A stretch of 64,000 bases of DNA from Chrysomallon squamiferum (lineage: Eukaryota > Animalia > Mollusca): contig CM022670.1 in the NCBI GenBank assembly GCA_012295275.1, positions 12,772,001 through 12,836,000 on the forward strand, read 5' to 3'. Made by a program: the position numbers and the translations under genes. The notes beneath the pieces were generated by a model. It saw only the letters and a program-made list of their open reading frames with translations, did no database searches and was not told where the DNA came from. Shown one piece after another: positions 60,404 to 64,000 of the stretch. Numbering within the stretch: the stretch's first letter is position 1; every line of letters begins with the position of its first letter.

Positions 60404-61889
60404 TTATTTTAAAAAAACAATTATAAATAATTTACAAAAAATGCAAAAAAAAAAAAAAAATGAAATATTTTGTAAGCCCTGACCTATTTTAGACAACTGT
60501 TGCATCAGCTGAATTCATCCCAAATTATTATATTGAAAATACGTATAAAGAAAGGTAGAAGTTTTAGTTTTCAATTCTACGTGTATATACAGGTTTGAAC
60601 ACTAACTACTTACATAGCTGACAAATCGTTCACAAACCCAAGTCACGTCCAGAGCGTATGAAACCTGTAAACTGGACACACTTCAGTGAGCTCTTGAATT
60701 TTCCAGGTACGGAGTTTTACCTATCAATCAAATTACGGTGGAAAATGGGGTGTCGGCCTATGACGTAGAAAATCCTCTTTGTATACTACCCGTTCCCCGA
60801 ATTATTAATGTCCTGGAAAGGAGAAGGAAGTAACTGGTTTATAACAGGCCTTTATTCTGTATTTTACTCCCAAAGATACACACCATATGCTTACAGTCCG
60901 ACATGCAGTTTTGACCCATTTTCACTGACTTTTAAACGCTTGATTATTCTCTGTTTGTGTTCCTTATCTGTATAAAAAAACTGCATGTGTATGAAATTTT
61001 AAGTGTTATCTTTGTTGAAGCATTTAGCCTCAGTTAGAAGTGTATTGGGTAACCGCCACCTAGTTACGGATCTACGGGGTCACATTGTTTGTTTATTCAA
61101 TACATGCTACCTCTAAGAGCTTTTTTCCTATAACCTTCTCGACTAAACCATCGCCTTAGCTTTATTTGTATATCCGACATAAACGTATTTGTTTTCCAAC
61201 AGCAGTAGAAAACGTTGATTAAAAACTTTTGAAAAATGTCGTAACAGTTTCCGAGCAACGGATCCTTTTCAAAAGTATATAACGGCAAAGAGCAATATTT
61301 AATCTAGTAAAGGAGAGTGGAACTGAAGCTTAAATACAGAACCAAACGCTTTGCCTGAGAGAGATGTTAATTCAGGGCCAGTTCACTCCCGAGTTAATCC
61401 AGTTCTATGCAACCTCCTGAATTATTTTAGAAGGATACGTATGTAACTTCAGTTTCTGATTTGTGATTGTTTATTCAGTAGTGTTTGTCTTTTTACTTGT
61501 GGTTCTTGGAGTGAAATATTGGAGCTGACAACAGAATAAGTAAGGATATCATGTTTGAAGCTTAGTTCAAAACATACCATGCAATAATAAGCTAGTAGTC
61601 TCTCAGTAAGAATTTCCTTAATCAGTTTCTGCCACCTCCGCTCAGAATGGTAAATGAAAACTGGTGGAATATTTACCGGTTAATAGTAAGATCTGATTCT
61701 TTTTCTTTCTTTTTTTCTCAACTGATGAAACCTATGAAGCTCTGGAGAAGAACAGTCTTCTCTTTGGCTTATGCATTTGATTCATAAATACAGACTCTCA
61801 AAAACATCTTTTCAAATATCACTTCTTAAATCTTTTGTAAGTGAAATTCAAAACTACATATACATCGACTTTCTCTTAATATAATCTCA

Positions 61890-61953
61890 TTGTAAAGTGC
61901 CTTGAACCCTACTGTCAGGAGGAAAGGCTGCTCAACAAGTCATCTTTATTATT
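61890..61953 (+). mobile_element. L2/CR1-type LINE or LINE-tailed SINE 3' end remnant
   Basis: TGTAAAGTGCCTTGA...GGAAAGGCTGCT...TTATTATT resembles the conserved L2-clade 3' stem-loop plus short-repeat tail. Confidence 0.35.
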
Positions 61954-62615
61954 GACTAGCACTAAGATTGTATCATTATATAGCCTTGACTAGCTCTAAG
62001 ATTGTATTATTAGATAGCCTTGACTAGCACTAACATTGTATTATTATATAGCCTTGACTAGCACTAACATTGTATTATTATATAGTCTTGACTAGCACTA
62101 ACATTGTATTAATATATAGTCTTGAATAGCACTAAGATCGTATCATTATATAGCCTTAACTAGCACTAACATTGTATTATTATATAGCCTTGAATAGCAC
62201 TAAGATTGTATCATTAAATAGCCTTCACTAGCTATGCATTTGTATTATTATATAGCCTTCACTAGCATTAAGATTGTATTATTATATAACCTTGACTAGC
62301 TCTAAAATTGTATTATTATATAGCCTTGACCAGCACTAAGATTGTATTATTAGATAGCCTTGTCTAGTACTAAGATTGTATTATTAGATAGCCTTGACTA
62401 GCACTAAAAGTGTATTATTATATAGCCTTGACCAGCACTGAGATTGTATTATTATATAGCCTTGACTAGCTCTAAGATTGATTATTATATAGCCTAGATT
62501 AGCACTAAGATTGTATTATTAGATAGCCTTGACTAGCTCTAAGATTGTATCATTATATAGCCTTGACTAGCACTAAGATTGTATTATTATGCAGCCTTGA
62601 CTATCTCTAAGATTA
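61952..62615. repeat. 34-bp minisatellite, ~19.5 copies (TTGACTAGCACTAAGATTGTATTATTATATAGCC)
   Basis: Units at 61952, 61986 and onward; head-to-tail with no spacers. Confidence 0.95.
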
Positions 62616-64000
62616 ATATTTCAGTATTTATCTCTTCTATATGTATTTCATCCACTGGTTACTTTCATTCTGATTAATTTGGTGTAAAAATCTATGTTAC
62701 ACAAGTGGAAGGGGAGTTTTAATTTTTGACCGTGTGTTTGGCCTAGTACAAATGAATGATTTTTATCAATTTTTGTTTCTCATACTAAAAAGAAAAAGAA
62801 AAATAGAAAATATATTTACAACACATATTATGACATATTATTAGGTCTATTTGTTTTGGGGGGTTTTTGTTGTTGTTTTTTTTGGTTTGTTTTGAGAGGT
62901 CTTTTTTATTTGTTTTGGGGGATCTTTTTTATTTGTTTTGCATTAGGAATCGTATTATAGAAATTGCCCAAATATTTCTAATGCTCTAGAAATACAAATA
63001 ATTTAAGGCAACTATACCTGTATTAATAATTAAATGTTATGGACATTTATGTGTACTAGTAAACTAATTCATAATGCATACAAAAACCACTAAACCATTT
63101 TAAAATACATATCATAATTAAGAAATTTAAAAAAAGAAAAACGTAAATGAATTCGGTGAAATTCCTGTCATTTTACAAGGTAAAATGTTCTGGAGAGCAA
63201 TTTTCAAACCATTAGGTGGAAAAAAATTTAGCGGTGTCATAACGTTTTCATTATACTTCCCGTCTTTGAATCTTGATTGAAATATTTCATCTTTCTGCAA
63301 CTCAGTGAGGTACTGCCCCTTATAAACCATAGTCAGATTGTAAACATTTTGTCACAAACTGCCTATTCCCCAAGTTACCTTGTAACAAATGAAATTGCTA
63401 TATGGTTCACTTTGGCACTGACAGCGAAACTAAATAAATCATCGGATCAGTTCTTCAGAATTTCCTCTTTGGTTTTTTTTCCTGGGGTGTTTTTCTGAGC
63501 TGTTTTTAAGAAAATTCAAAGGAACTGCTCGTTTCCACTGATCATGGTGGCTATGTCCCTTTCATTCTAGCAAATGAAGACAGGGTAATATTAGTAAATT
63601 CATCTACCTGCAGATGAACTACTTCCTGACGGAAGAACAGCTCATTCATATTAACGCCTGGTGATTTGCTCAGTATGATAACGAACCATTTCCTGGAGTG
63701 GTGAAGTATATTCATGACATAAATGACCGTTATGCACCGAGATCATACCACGTGGATATGGCCGTTCAAGATATTCTGTTAAAGAATTGAAGAAAATGTT
63801 GATATGCTGCCCACCATGATCAGTGAAAGGGAAAGGAATGTTGCAAGGTTCTCCGATTTCGATACAAGGTCATAGTAATCCTTCACATATAGAAAGTGAT
63901 AAATTGAAATCAGGCAGGACTTTTCCCACCCGTCTGTTTTTAATGAATCAATAACATGATATCATCTATTTTTCTTAGTTGTGTAAATGGTTTGCATACC

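Noticed and set aside
61952-62615. CRISPR-like periodic 34-bp array
   Set aside because: Units are contiguous with no unique spacers, there are no cas genes and the context is eukaryotic; it is a minisatellite

Overview
AT-rich, microsatellite-saturated eukaryotic DNA from an invertebrate, with a mollusc/lophotrochozoan-like repeat landscape (the species cannot be determined). All three recognisable genes are on the minus strand. (1) An intronless KCTD8/12/16-family gene (BTB/T1 + H1, no H2; CDS 9733-10512) with a CCAAT/TATA/Inr-like promoter, five uORFs and a probable ~6 kb 3'UTR. (2) SLC13-A (30879-40285), a complete 14-exon Na+/di-tricarboxylate cotransporter (Indy/SLC13A2/A5-like, ~593 aa) that I could splice in frame by hand. 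(3) SLC13-B (43318-59002), a head-to-tail paralog with the same 14-exon structure. SLC13-B has ATT where A has ATG, two 1-nt deletions in short homopolymers and substituted binding-site motifs, so it is a young pseudogene, a non-AUG gene with assembly errors, or both. The pair shows patchy near-identity suggestive of gene conversion and strongly different CpG content. B also carries a 69-bp hairpin element just inside two different introns. Other elements: a decayed pogo-like (DDE+PHD) transposon, a foldback palindrome, a tRNA-SINE fragment, a LINE-like tail and several minisatellites. Nearly all other ORF-track entries are simple-repeat artefacts.
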